Shown here: one piece after another, positions 13,601-26,684 of the stretch | How positions within the stretch are numbered: the first letter of the stretch is position 1 | Layout: each line of letters opens with the position of its first letter | NCBI RefSeq assembly: GCF_009914755.1 | Contig: NC_060944.1 | Source of the DNA: the human T2T-CHM13v2.0 reference genome, Homo sapiens | Reading direction: 5' to 3' (one strand) | Length of the DNA stretch: 64,000 nt | The notes under the pieces: model-generated | Databases searched by the model: none | Seen by the model: only the letters and a program-made list of their open reading frames with translations | What the model was told of the DNA's origin: nothing | Translations under genes and position numbers: made by a program

Positions 13601-16600
13601 CAAAAAGAGTGTTTCAAAACTTCTCAATCAAAAGAAAGGTTCAACTCTTTGAGATGAATGCGCCCATCACAAAGAAGTTTCTCAGAATGCCTCTGTGTAG
13701 TTTTTATTTGAAGATATTTGCTTTTCTGCAGTAGGCCTCAAAACACTCCAAATATCCAGTTGCGGATTCTACAAAAACAGTGTTTCAAAAGTGCTCAGTC
13801 AAATAAAAGTTTAACTCTGTGAGATGAATGCACACATCACAAAGAAGTTTCTGAGAATACTTCTGTGTAGTTTTTATATGAAGAATTTCCTTTTCCACAA
13901 TAGGCCTCAAAGTGCTCCAAATATCCACTTGCAGATTCTACAAAGAGAGTGTATCAAAACTGCTCAATCATAACATAGGTTCCACACAGTGAGATGAATG
14001 CACACATAACAAAGAAGTTTCTCAGAATGCATCTGTGTTGTTTATATTTTTAGATATTTCCTTTACCTGCATAGGCTGCAAAGGGCTCAAAATATCCACC
14101 TGCAGATTCTACAAAAAGAGAGATTCAAAACTGCTCCATCAAAAGAAAGGTTCAACTCTGTGAGATGAAGGCACACATCACAAAGAAGTTTCTCAGAATG
14201 CTTCTGTGTAGTTTTCATGTGAAGATATTGCTTTTCCACTGTAGCCCTCAAACAGCTCCAAATATCCACTTGCAGATTCTTCAAAAGCAGTGTTTCAAAA
14301 CAGCTCAATCAAAATAAACATTCAACTCTGTGAAATGAATGCACACATCACAAAGAAGTTTCTCAGAATTCTTCTGTGCAGTTTTTATGTGAAATTATTT
14401 CCTTTTCCACCACAGGCTGCAAAGGGCTCAAAATATCCCCTTGCAGATTCTACAATAAGAGAGATTGAAAACTGCACAATCGAAAGATAGGTTCAACTCT
14501 CCTAGTTGAATGCACGCAGCACAAAGAATTTTCTCAGAATGCTTCTGTGTAGTTTTCTTTGGAAGATATTTCCTTTTCCACCATAGGCCCCAAACTCTCT
14601 AAATATCCACTAGCAGATTCTACAAAAAGAGTGTTTCCAAACTGCTCAGTCAAAAGAAAGGTTCAACTCTGTGAGATGAAGGCACACATCACAAAGAAGT
14701 TTCTCAGAATGCTTCTGTGTAGTTTTCATGTGAAGATATTGCTTTTCCACTGTAGCCCTCAAACAGCTCCAAATATCCACTTGCAGATTCTTCAAAAGCA
14801 GTGTTTCAAAACAGCTCAATCAAAATAAACATTCAACTCTGTGAAATGAATGCACACATCACAAAGAAGTTTCTCAGAATTCTTCTGTGCAGTTTTTATG
14901 TGAAATTATTTCCTTTTCCACCACAGGCTGCAAAGGGCTCAAAATATCCCCTTGCAGATTCTACAATAAGAGAGATTGAAAACTGCACAATCGAAAGATA
15001 GGTTCAACTCTCCTAGTTGAATGCACGCAGCACAAAGAATTTTCTCAGAATGCTTCTGTGTAGTTTTCTTTGGAAGATATTTCCTTTTCCACCATAGGCC
15101 CCAAACTCTCTAAATATCCACTAGCAGATTCTACAAAAAGAGTGTTTCCAAACTGCTCAGTCAAAAGAAAGGTTCAACTCTGTGAGATGAATGCAAACAT
15201 CGCCTAGAAGTTTCTCAGAATGCTTCTGTGTAATTTTTATGTGAAGATATTTTCTTTTCCTAAATAGTCCTCAAAGCACCGCAAATATCCACTTGCAGAT
15301 CCTACAAAAAGAGTGTTCCAAACCTGTTCAATCAAAAGAAAGGTTCAATTCTAGGAGATGACTTCACACATCACAAAGCAGTTTCTCAGAATGCTTCTGT
15401 GTAGTTTTTATATGAAGATACTTGTTTTTCCACAATAGGTCTCCAAGCGCTCCAAATATCCACTTGCAGATTCTACAAAAACAGTGTTTCATAACTGCTA
15501 AATCGAAAGAAATGTTCAACTATTTGAGATGAATATACACATCACAAAGGAGTTTCTCAGAATGCTTCTGTGTAGTTTTTATGTGAAGATATTTCCTTTT
15601 CCAAAATAGGCAGCAAAGGGCTCTAAATATCCACTTGCAGATTCCACAAAAAGAAAAATTCAAAACTCCTCAATCAAAAAACAGGTTGAACTCTGTGAGT
15701 TGAATGCACACATCACAAAGACGTTTCTCAGAATGCTTCTGTGTAGTTCTTATGTGAAGATATTTCCTTTTACACAGGAGACCTCAAAGGCCTCCACATA
15801 TCCACTTGCAGATTCTACAAAAAATGTGTTGCAAAATTGCTCAATCAAAAGAAAGGTTCAACTCTATGAGATGAATGCACACATCACAAAAAAGATTCTC
15901 AGAATGTTTCTTTGTAGTTTTTATGTGAAGATATTTGCTTTTCCACAGTAGGCCTCAAAATGCTCCAAATATACAGTTGCAGATTCTACAAAGAGGGTGT
16001 TTCCAAACTGCTAAATCATAAGATAGGTTCAACTCTGTGAGGTGAATGCACACATCACAAAGAAGTTTCTCAGAATGCTTCTGTGTAGTTTTTATGTGAA
16101 GGTATTTCCCTTTACACAATGGGCTTCAAAGTGCTCCAAATATCCACTTGCAGATTCAACAAAAAGAGTGTTTCAAAACTGCTCAGTCATAAGATAGGAT
16201 CAATTCTGTGAAATGAATGCATACATCACAAACAAGTTTCTCAGAATGCTTCTGTGTAGTTTTTATTTGAAGATATTTCCTTTTCCACCCTAGGCTGCAA
16301 AGGGCTCCAGGTATCCACTTGCAGATTCTAGAAACAGAGAGATTCAAAACTGCTCAATCAAAGGATAGGTTCGAATCCATAAGATGAATGCACACATCAC
16401 AAAGAACTTTCTCAGAATGCTTTGCATAGTTTTTACGTGAAGATATTTCCTTTTCCACAATAGGCATCAAAGCGCTCCATATATCCACTTGCAGATTCTA
16501 CAAAAAGAGTTTTACAAAACTGCTCTATCAAAAGAAAAGTTCAACTCTGTGAGATGAATGCCCACATCACTAAGAAGTTTCTCAGAAGGCTTCTGTGTAC

Positions 16601-19600
16601 TTTTTATGTGAAGATATTTGCTATTCCAAAGTAGACCCCAAAGTGCTCCAAATATGCACTTGCAGATTCTTCAACAAGACTGTTTCAAAACTACTCAATC
16701 AAAAGAAGTGTTCAACTCTGTTTGATGAATGCACTCATCACGAAGAAGTTTCTCAGAATGCTTCTGCGAAGCTTTTATTTGAAGATATTTCCTTTTCCTC
16801 CATAGGGGGCAAAAGTCTCCAAATATTCAGTTGCAGAATCTACCAAAAGGTAGAGTCAAAACTGCGCAATCAAAAGACAGGTTCAACTCTGTGAGATGAA
16901 TGTACACATCACAAAGAAGTTTCTCAGAATGCTTCTGTGTAGTTTTCATGTGAAGATATTTCCTTATCCACATTAGGTCTTAAAGCACTCCAATTATCCA
17001 CTTACAGCTTCTAAAAAGAGAGTGTTTCAAAACTGCTCTATCATAAGATAAGTTCAACTCTGTGAGATGAAAGCACACATCCCAAAGAGGTTTATCAGAA
17101 TGCTTCTGTGTAGTTTTTATTTGAAGATATTTCCTTTTTCTCCATACACCTCAAAGGGCTCCAAATATCCAATTGCAGATTCTACAAAAAGAGAGATGCA
17201 GAACTGCTCAAGCAAAAGATAATTTCAACACTGTGAGTTGAATGCACACAACCAAAGAAGTTTCTCAGAATGCTTCTGTGAAGTTTTTATGTGAAGATAT
17301 TTCCTTTTCCACCATAGGCCACAAAGGGCTCAAAATATCCACTTGCAGATTTTACAGAAAGAGAAATTCAAAACTGCTCAATCAGAAGGTATGTTGAAAT
17401 CTGTGAGACGAATGCACTCATCACAAAGAAGTTTCACAGAACGCTTCTGTGTAGTTTTTATGTGAAGATATTTCCTTTTCCACAAAAAGCCTCAAAACGC
17501 TCCAAATATCCACTTGCAGATTCTACAAAGAGAGTGTTTCAAAACTGCTAAATCATAACATAGGTTCAATTCTGTGAGATGAATGCACACATCCCAAAGA
17601 AGTTTCTCAGAATGCTTCTGTGTAGTTTTTATGTTAAGATATTTCCTTTTCCACAATAGGTTTGAAAGCGCTCCAATTATCCACTTGCAGATTCTACAAA
17701 AAGAATGCTTCAAAACTGATCAATCATAAGATATGTTCAACTCTGTGAGATGAATGCACACATCACAAAGATATTTCTCAGAAGTATTCTTTGTAGTTTT
17801 TATCCGAAGATACTTGCTTTTCCACAGATGGTCTCAAAGCACTCCAAATATCCACTTGCAGATTCAACAAAAACAGTGTTTCAAAACTGCTGAATCATAA
17901 GATAGGTCCAACTCTGTGAGATGAATGCACACATCACAAAGAAGTTTCTCAGAATGCTTCTGTGTAGTTTTTAATTGAAGGTATTTCCTTTTCCTCCATG
18001 GGCCGCAAAGGGCTCCAAATATCAACTTGCAGCTTCTACAAAAAGAGAGATTCAAAACTGCTCAATCAAAAGATAAGTTCACCTCTGTGATTCTAATGCA
18101 CACATCACAAAGTAGTTTCTCAGAATGCTTCTATGTAGTTTTTTTATGTAGATATTTCGTTTTCCACAATAGACCTCAAAGCTTTCCAAATATCCACTTG
18201 CAGATTCTACAAAAAAAGGGTTGCAAAACTGCTCATTCAACGGAAATGTTCAATTCTGTGAGATGAATGCACACATCACAAAGAAATTACTCAGAATACT
18301 TCTGTGTAGTTTTTATGTGAAGATATTTGCTTTTCCATAGTAGGCCTCAGAGTGCTCCAATATCCACTTGTAGGTTTTACGAAAACAGTGTTTTAAAACA
18401 GTCCAATCAAAAGAAAGTTTCAACTCTGTGAGATGAATGCACACATCATGAAGAAGTTTCTCAGAATACTTCCATATAATTTTAATGTGAAGATATTTGC
18501 TTTTCCACAGGAGGCCTCAAAGCGCTCCAAATATCCACTTGCAGATTCTACAAATCAAGTGTTTCAAATCTGCTCAATCATAAGATAGGTTCAACTCTGT
18601 GATGTGAAGGCACACATCACAAAGAAGTTTCTCAGTATGGGTCTCTGTAGTGTTTACTAGAAGATATTTCCTCATCGTCCATAGGCCACATCAGGCTCCA
18701 AATATCCACTTGCAGATTCTAGAAAAACAGAGATTCAAAGCTGCTCAATCAAAAGATAAGTTCAACTCTGCGAGTTGAATGCACTCATCACAAAGAAGTT
18801 ACTCAGAATGCTTCTGTGTAGTTTTTATGTGAAGATATTTCCTTTTCCACAAAAACCCTCAAAACGCTCCAAATATCCACTTGCAGATTCTACAGTGTTT
18901 CAAAACTGCTAAATCATAAGATAGATTCAATTCTGTGAGATGAATGCACACATCCCATAGAAGTTTCTCATAATGCTTCTGTGTAGTTTTTATGTTATTT
19001 CCTTTTCCACAATAGGCTTGAAAGCGCTCCAATTATCCAATTGCAGATTCTACAAAAAGAATGTTTCAAAACTGATCAATCATAAGATAGGTTCAACTCT
19101 GTGAGATGAATGTACACATCACAAAGATGTTTCTCAGAAGGATTCTGTGTAGTTTTTATGTGAACATATTTGCTTTTCCACAGATGGCCTCAAAACCCTC
19201 CAAATGTCCACTTGCAGATTCAACAAAAATAGTGTTTCCAAAGTGCTGAATAATAACATAGGTGCAACTCTGTGAGATGAATGCTCACATCACAAAGAAA
19301 TTTCTCAGAATTCTTCTGTGTAGTTTTTATTTGAAGATATTTCCTTTTTTTCCATATGCCCCAAAGGGCTCCAAATATCCACTTGCAGATTCACGAAAAG
19401 AGAGATTCAAAACTGCTCAATCAAAAGAAAGGTTCAGCTCTGTGAGGTGAATGCACACATCATAAAGAAGTTTCTCAGAATGCTTCTGTGTAGTTTTTAT
19501 GTGAAGATATTTGCTTCTCCACAGTAGGTCTAAAAGTGCTCCAAATGTCCACTTGCAGATTCTACAGAAACAGTGTTTCAAAACTGCTCAATCAAAAGAA

Positions 19601-22600
19601 TTGTTCAACTCTGTGAAATGAATGCAGGCATCACAAAGAAGTTTCTCAGAATGCTTCTGTGTAGTTTTTATGTGAAGAGATTTCCTTTTTCACAGTAGGC
19701 CTCAAAGTGCTCCAAATATCTGCTAGCAGATTCTACAAAGAGAGTGTTTAAAATCTGCTCAATCATAAGATAGCTTCAACTCTGTGAGATGAATGCATAC
19801 ATCACACAGAAGTTTCTCAAATTCTTCTGTGTAGTGTTTATTTGAAGATATTTATTTTTCGTCCACAGGCTGCATAGGACTCCCAATATCCACTTGCAGA
19901 TTCTACACAAAGAGAGATTCAAGACTGCTTAAACAAAAGATTGGTTCAACTCTGTGTGTTGAATTCACACATCGCAAAGAAGTTTCTCAGAATGCTTCTG
20001 TGTAGTTTTTATTTAAAGATATTTCATTTTCCACAATACGCGTCAAAGCGCTCCAAATATCCAATTGCAGATTCTACAAAAAGGGTGTTTTACAGCTGCT
20101 CAATCAAAAGAAAGGTTCAACTCTCTGAGACGAATGCACACATTGCAAAGAAGTTACTCAGAATGCCATGGTGTAGTTTTTTCGTGAAGTTATTTACTTT
20201 TCCACAGTATGCCTCAAAGCGCTCCTATTATCCACTTGCAGATTCCACAAGAAGAGTGTTTCAAAACTGCTCAATCATAAGATGGGTTCAACACTATGAG
20301 ATGAATGCACACATCACAAAGATGTTTCTCAGAAGGGTTCTGTGTAGTTTTTATCTCAAGATATTTGCTTTTCCACATAAGGTTCAACTCTGTGAGATGA
20401 ATGCACACATCAGAAAGAAGTTTCTCAGAATGTTTCTGTGAAGTTTTTACTTGAAGATATTTCCTTTTCCTCCATAGGGTACAAAAGTCTCCAATTATCC
20501 AGTTGCAGACTCTACCAAAAAGTAGAGTCAAAACTGCGCAATCAAAACACAGGTTCACCTCTGTGAATTGAATGTACACATCACAAAGAAGTTTCTCAGA
20601 ATGCTTCTGTGTAGTTTTCATGTGAAGATATTTCCTTTTCCACATTAGGCCTTAAAGCACTCCAATTATCCACTTACAGCTTCTAAAAAGAGAGTGTTTC
20701 AAAACTGCTAAATCATAACATAGGTTCAATTCTGTGAGATGAACGCCCACATCCCAAAGAAGTTTCTCAGAATTCTTCTGTCTAGTTTTTATGTGAAGAT
20801 ATACTCTGTTCCACCATAGGCCTCAAAGCGATAGAAATGTCCAATTGCAGATTCTACAAAAAGAGAGTTTCAAAACTGCTGAATCAAAAGAAGGGGTTAA
20901 CCCTTTGAGATGAATACACATATCGTAAAGAAGTTTCTCAGATTGCTTCTGTCTGGATTTTATGTGAAGATATTTCCTTTTCCACCTTAAGTCGCAAGGC
21001 ACTCCAAATGTCCACTTGCAGATTCTACAGAAAGAGTGTTCCAAACCGTTCAATCAAAAGAAAAGTTCAACTCAGAGATATGAACGCACATATCAAAAAT
21101 AAGTTTCTCAGAATTCTTCTGTCTAGTTTTTATGTGATGATATTTCCTTTTCCAACATAGGCCTCAAGGCGCTCGAGGTGTCCACTTGCAGATTCTACAA
21201 AAAGAGTACTTCAAAACTGGTCCTTCAAAAGAAAGGTTCATCTCTGGGAGATGAATGCACACATCACAAAGAAGTTTCTCTGAATGCTGCTATCTAATTT
21301 TTATGTGAAGATATTTCCTTTTCCACCATAAGCTTCAAAGCTCTCCAAATGTCCACTTGCAGATAGTACAAAAAGAGAGTTTCAAAACTACTCAATCAAA
21401 AGACAGCTTTAACTCTGTGAGATGAATGCACTCATCACAAAGAAGTTTCTCAGATTGCTTCTGCCTAGATTTTATGTGAAAGATATTTCCTTTTCTACCA
21501 TAGGCCATAAAGCGTTCCAAAAGTCCACTTGCGGATTCTACAAAAAGAGTGTTTCCAAACTACTCAATCCAAAGAAAGGTTCAACTCTATGAGATGAACG
21601 CACACATCACAAAGAAGTTTCTCAGAATACTTCCGTCTAGTTTCTATGTGAAGGTATTTCCTTTTTCACCATAGGCCTCAAAGCGCTCTAAATGTCCACT
21701 TGTAGATTCTACAAAAAGAGAGTTTCAAAACTGCTCAATCTAAAGAAAGTTTTAACTCTGTGAGGTGAATTAACCCATCACGAAGAAGTTTCTCAGACTG
21801 CTTCCGTCTAGATTTTATGTCAAGATATTTCCTTTTCTACCATAGGCTGCAAAGCACTCCAAATGTTCACTTGCAGATTCTACAAAAGGAGTGTTTCCAA
21901 ACTGCTCAATCAAGAGAATGGTTCAACTCTGTGAGTTGAACGTACACATCACCAAGAAGTTTCTCAGAATTCTTCTGTTTAGTTTTTATTTGAAGATATT
22001 TCCTTTTCCACCATAAGCCTCAAAGCGCTCCAAATTTCCACTTGCAGTTTCTGCAAAAAGAGAGTTTCAAAACTGCTCAATCAAAGGAAAGTTTTAACTG
22101 TGTGAGATGAATGCACACAGCATAAGGAAGTTTCTCAGATTGCTTCTGTCTAGATTTTATGTGAAGATATTTCCTTTTCTAACAGAGGCCACAAAGCGCT
22201 CTAAACGTTCACTTGCAGATTCTACAAAAAGAGTGTTTCCAAACTGCTCAATTCAAAGAAAGGTTCAACTCTGTGAGATGAACGCACACATCACAAAGAA
22301 GTTTCTCAGAATTCTTCTGTCTAGTTTTTATGTGAAGATATTTCCTTTTCCACCATATTCCTCAAAGAGCTCTAAATGTCCGCTTGTAGATTTTTAAAAA
22401 AGAGAGTTTCATAAATGCTCAATCAAAAGAAAGGTTTAACTCTGTGAAATGAATGCACACATCACAAATAAGTTTCTCAGATTGCTTCTGTCTAGATTTA
22501 AGTGAAGATATTTCCTTTTCTACAATAGGCTGCAAAGCGCTCCAAATGTCCACTTGCAGATTCAACAAAAAGAGTGTTTCCAAACTGCTCAATCAAAAGA

Positions 22601-25600
22601 AAGTTTCAACTATCTGAGATGAAAGCACATATCACTAAGAAGTTTCTCAGATTGCTTCTGTCTAGATTTTATGTGAAGATACTGCTTTTTCTAATATAGG
22701 CCGCAAAGCACAAAAATGTCCACTTGCAGATTCTACAAAAAGAGTGTCTCCAAACTGCTCTATCAAAATAAAGGTTCAACTTTGTGAGATGAACGCACAC
22801 ATCACAAAGAAGTTTCTCAGATTTCTTCTGTCTACAATTTATGTGAAAATATTTCCTTGTCAACCACAGGATGCAATGAGCTCCAAATGTCCACTTGCAG
22901 ATTCTACAAAAAGATTGTTTCCAAACTGCTCAATCAAAAGAAAGGCTCAACTCAGTGAGATGAATGCACAAATCACAAAGAAGTTTCTCAGTATTATTCT
23001 GTCTAGTTTTTATGTGAACATATTTCCTCTTCCACCATAGGCCTCAAAGCGCTCCAAATGTCCACTTGCAGATTCTGCAAAAAGAGAGTTCCAAAGCTGC
23101 TCAATCAAAAGAATGGTTTATATCTGTGAGATGACTGCACACATCACAAAAACTTTTAGTGTGCTTCTTTCTAGATTTTATGTAAAGATATTTCCTTTTC
23201 TACCATAGGCCACAAAGCACTCCAAATGTCCACTTGCAGATTCTACAATAAGAGCGTTGCCTAACTACTCAATCAAAAGAAATGTTAAAATCTGTGAGAT
23301 TAACGTACAAGTCACAAGTAAGTTTCTCACAATTCTTCAGTCTAGTTTTTATGTGAAGATATTTCGTTTTCCACCATAGGCCTCAAAGCACTCCAAATGT
23401 CCACTTGCAGATTCTACAAAAAGAGAGTTCCAAAACTGCTCAATCAAAAGAAAGCTTTAACTCTGTGAGATGAATGCACACAACACAAAGAAGTTTCTCT
23501 TATGGCTTCTGTCTAGATTTTATGTAAAGATACTTCCTTTTCTAACATAGGCCGCAAAGCGATCCAAATGTCCACTTGCAGATTCTACAAAAAGAGCGTT
23601 TCAAAACTGCTCAGTTAGAGGAAAGTTTTAACTGTGTGACATGAATGCACACATCACAACGAAGTTTCTCAGATTGCTACTGTGTAGATTTTATGTTAAG
23701 ATATTTCCTTTTTTCACAGAGACCGCAAAGCGCTCCAAATGTCCACTTGCAGGTTCTACAAAAAGAGAGTTTCAAAACTGCTCAATTCAAAGAAAGGTTC
23801 AACTCTGTGAGATGAATGCACATATCACAAAGTAGTTTCTCAGAATTCTTCTATCTAGTTTTTATGTGAAGATATCCCCTTCTAAAATAGGCCCAAAAGC
23901 GCTCCAAATGTCTGCTTGCAGGTTCTACACAAAGAGTATTTCCAAATTGCTCCATCAAAAGAAATGTTCAACTCCGTGAAATTAACGCACGCATCACAAA
24001 GAAGTTTCTCAAAATTCTTCTGACTAGTTTTCATGTGAAGATTTTTGCTTTTCCTCCACAGGCCTCAAAGTGCTCCAAATGTCCACTTGCAGATGCTACA
24101 AAAAGAGTGTTTCCAAACTGCTCAATCAAAAGAAAGTTTCAACCCTGTGAGATGATCGCACACATCAGAAAGAAGTTTCTCAGATTGCTTCTGTCTAGAT
24201 TTTATGTGAAGATATTTCCTTTAGTACAACAGGCCCCAAAGTGCTCCAAATGTCCACTTGCAGATTCTAGAAAAAGAGTGTTTCCAAACTGCTGAATCAA
24301 AATAAAGGTTCAACTCTGTGAGATCAACGCACACATCACAAATAAATGTCTCAGAATTCTTCTGTATAGTTTTTATGTGAAGATATTTCCTTTTCCACAA
24401 TAGACATCAAAGCGCTCCAAATGTCCACTTGCAGATTCTACAAAAAGAGTATTTCAAAACTGTTCAATCAAAAGAAAGGCTTAAGTCTGTGAGATTAATG
24501 CACACAACACTAAGAAGCTTCTCAGATTACTTCTGTCTAGATTTTACTTGAAGATTTTTCCCTTTCTACCACAGGCCGCAAAACGCTCCAAATGTCCACT
24601 TTCAGATTCTACAAAAACAGAGTTTCAAAACTGCTCAATCAAAAGAAAGCTTTAAATCTGTGAGATGAAAACACACATCAAAAGTAGTTTCTCATATTGC
24701 TTCTGTCTAGATTTTATGTGAAGATATTTCCTTTTCTACCATAGGCCACAATGCGCTCCAAAGGTCCACTTGCAGATTCAACAAAAAGAGGGTTTCCAAA
24801 CTGCTCAACCAAAGGGAAGTTTCAAGTATGTGAGATGAATGCACACACCACAAAGAAGTTTCTCAGAATTCTTCTGTCTAGTTTTTATGTGAAGGTATTT
24901 TCTTTTCCACCATAGGCCTCAAAGTGCTCCAAATGTCCACTTGCAGATCCTACAAAAAGAAAGTTTCAAAACTGCTCCATCAAAAGAAAAGTTTAACCCT
25001 GTGAGATGAATGCACACATCACAAGGAAGTTTCTCAAATTGCTACTGTGTAGGTTTTATGTTAAGATATTTCCAACAGAGGCCGCAAAGAGCTCCAAATG
25101 TCCACTTGTAGGTTCTACAAAAAGAGTGTCAAAACTGCTCAATTCAAGGAAAGGTTCAACTCTGTGAGATGAATGCACACATCACAAAAAAGTTTCTCAG
25201 AATTCTTCTGTCTAGTTTTTATATGAAGATATTCCCCTTTCTAAAATAGGCCCAAAAGCGCTCCAAATGTCTGCTTGCAGATTCTAAAAAAAGAGTGTTT
25301 CCAAACTGCTCCATCAAAAGAAATGTTCAATTCTGTGAGATTAAACCACGCATCACAAAGAAGTTTCTCAAAATTCTTCTGTCTAGTTTTTATGTGAAGA
25401 TTTTTACTTTTCCACCACAGGCCTCAAAGCGCTCCAAATGTCCACTTGCAGGTTCTACAAAAAGAGTGTTTCCAAACTGCTCAATTCAAAGAAAGGTTCA
25501 ACTCTGTGAGACGAACGCACATATCACAAAGAAATTTCTCAGAATTCTTGTGTCTAGTTTTTATGTGAAGATATTTCCTTTTCCACCATAGTCCTCAAAG

Positions 25601-26543
25601 CGCTCCAAATGTCCCCTTGTAGAATTTACAAAAAGAGAGTTTCATAAATGCTCAATCAAAAGAAAGGTTTAACTCTGTGAGATGAATGCAAACATCACAA
25701 AGAAGTTTCTCACATTGCTTCTGTGTAGATGTTAGGTGAAGATATTTCCTTTTCTACCATAGGCCGCAAAGTGCTCAAAATGTCCCCTTGCAGATTCTAC
25801 AAAAGAGTGTTTCCAAACTGCTCAATCAAAAGAAAGTGTCAACTCAGTGGGATGAAAGCACATATCACTAAGAAATTTCTCGATTGCTTCCGTCTAGATT
25901 TTATGTGAAGATACTGCCTTTTCTAACATAGGCCGCAAAGCGCAAAAATGTGCAATTGCACATTCTACAAAAGGAGACTTTAAAAACTGCTCTATCAAAA
26001 GATAGGTTCAACTCTGTGAGCTGAATGCAGACATCACAAAGAACTTTCTCAGATTGTTTCTCTCTAGATTTTATGTGAAGATATTTCCTTCTCTAACATA
26101 GGCCGCAAAGTGCTCCAAATGTCCACTTGCTGATTCTAAAAAAAGAGTGTTTCCAAACTGCTCAATCAAAACAAAGGTTCAACTCTGTGAGATGAACACA
26201 CACATCACAAAGAAGTTTCTCAGATAGCTTCTGTCTAAAATTTATGTGAAGATAATTCCTTTTCAACCACAGGATGAAAAAAACTCCAAATGTCCACTTG
26301 CAGATTCCACAAATGATTGTTTCCAAACTGCTCAATCAAAAGAAAGGTTCAAAGAAGTTTCTCAGAATTCTTCTGTCTAGTTTTAATGTGAACATATTTC
26401 CTCTTCCACCATAGGTCTCAAAGCGCTCCAAATGCCCACTTGCAGATTCTTCAAAAAGAGAGTTCCGAAACTGCTCAATGAAAAGACAGGTTTATCTCTG
26501 TGAGATGAATGCACACATCACAAAAAACTTTTTCAGATTACTT
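4628..26543 (-). repeat. Alpha satellite block 1: divergent monomeric 171-bp repeats (~128 monomers), three sequence layers
   Basis: Tandem ~171-bp units TTCAACTCTGTGAGATGAATGCACACATCACAAAGAAGTTTCTCAGAATGCTTCTG..., the reverse complement of the alphoid consensus. Neighbouring units are diverged. Confidence 0.98.
14139..15191. repeat. Apparently perfect 511-bp (3-monomer) tandem duplication
   Basis: 14139-14649 matches 14650-15160 with no mismatch by eye. ORFs 14290..14490 and 14801..15001 are identical and 511 bp apart. Confidence 0.95.
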
Positions 26544-26684
26544 TCCAATTTCATCCATGTCCCTACAAAGGACATGAACTCATCATTTTTATGGCTGCAT
26601 AGTATTCCATGGTGTATATGTGCCACATTTTCTTAATCCAGTCTATCATTGTTGGACATTTGGTTTGGTTCCAAGTCTTTGCTA
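26542..26684 (-). mobile_element. ~143-bp internal L1PA2/3-like fragment (ORF2 3' end) at the satellite orientation switch
   Basis: Reverse complement reads TAGCAAAGACTTGGAACC...GATGAGTTCATGTCCTTTGTAGGGACATGGATGAAATTGGAAA. No 3'UTR, poly-A or TSD. Confidence 0.92.
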
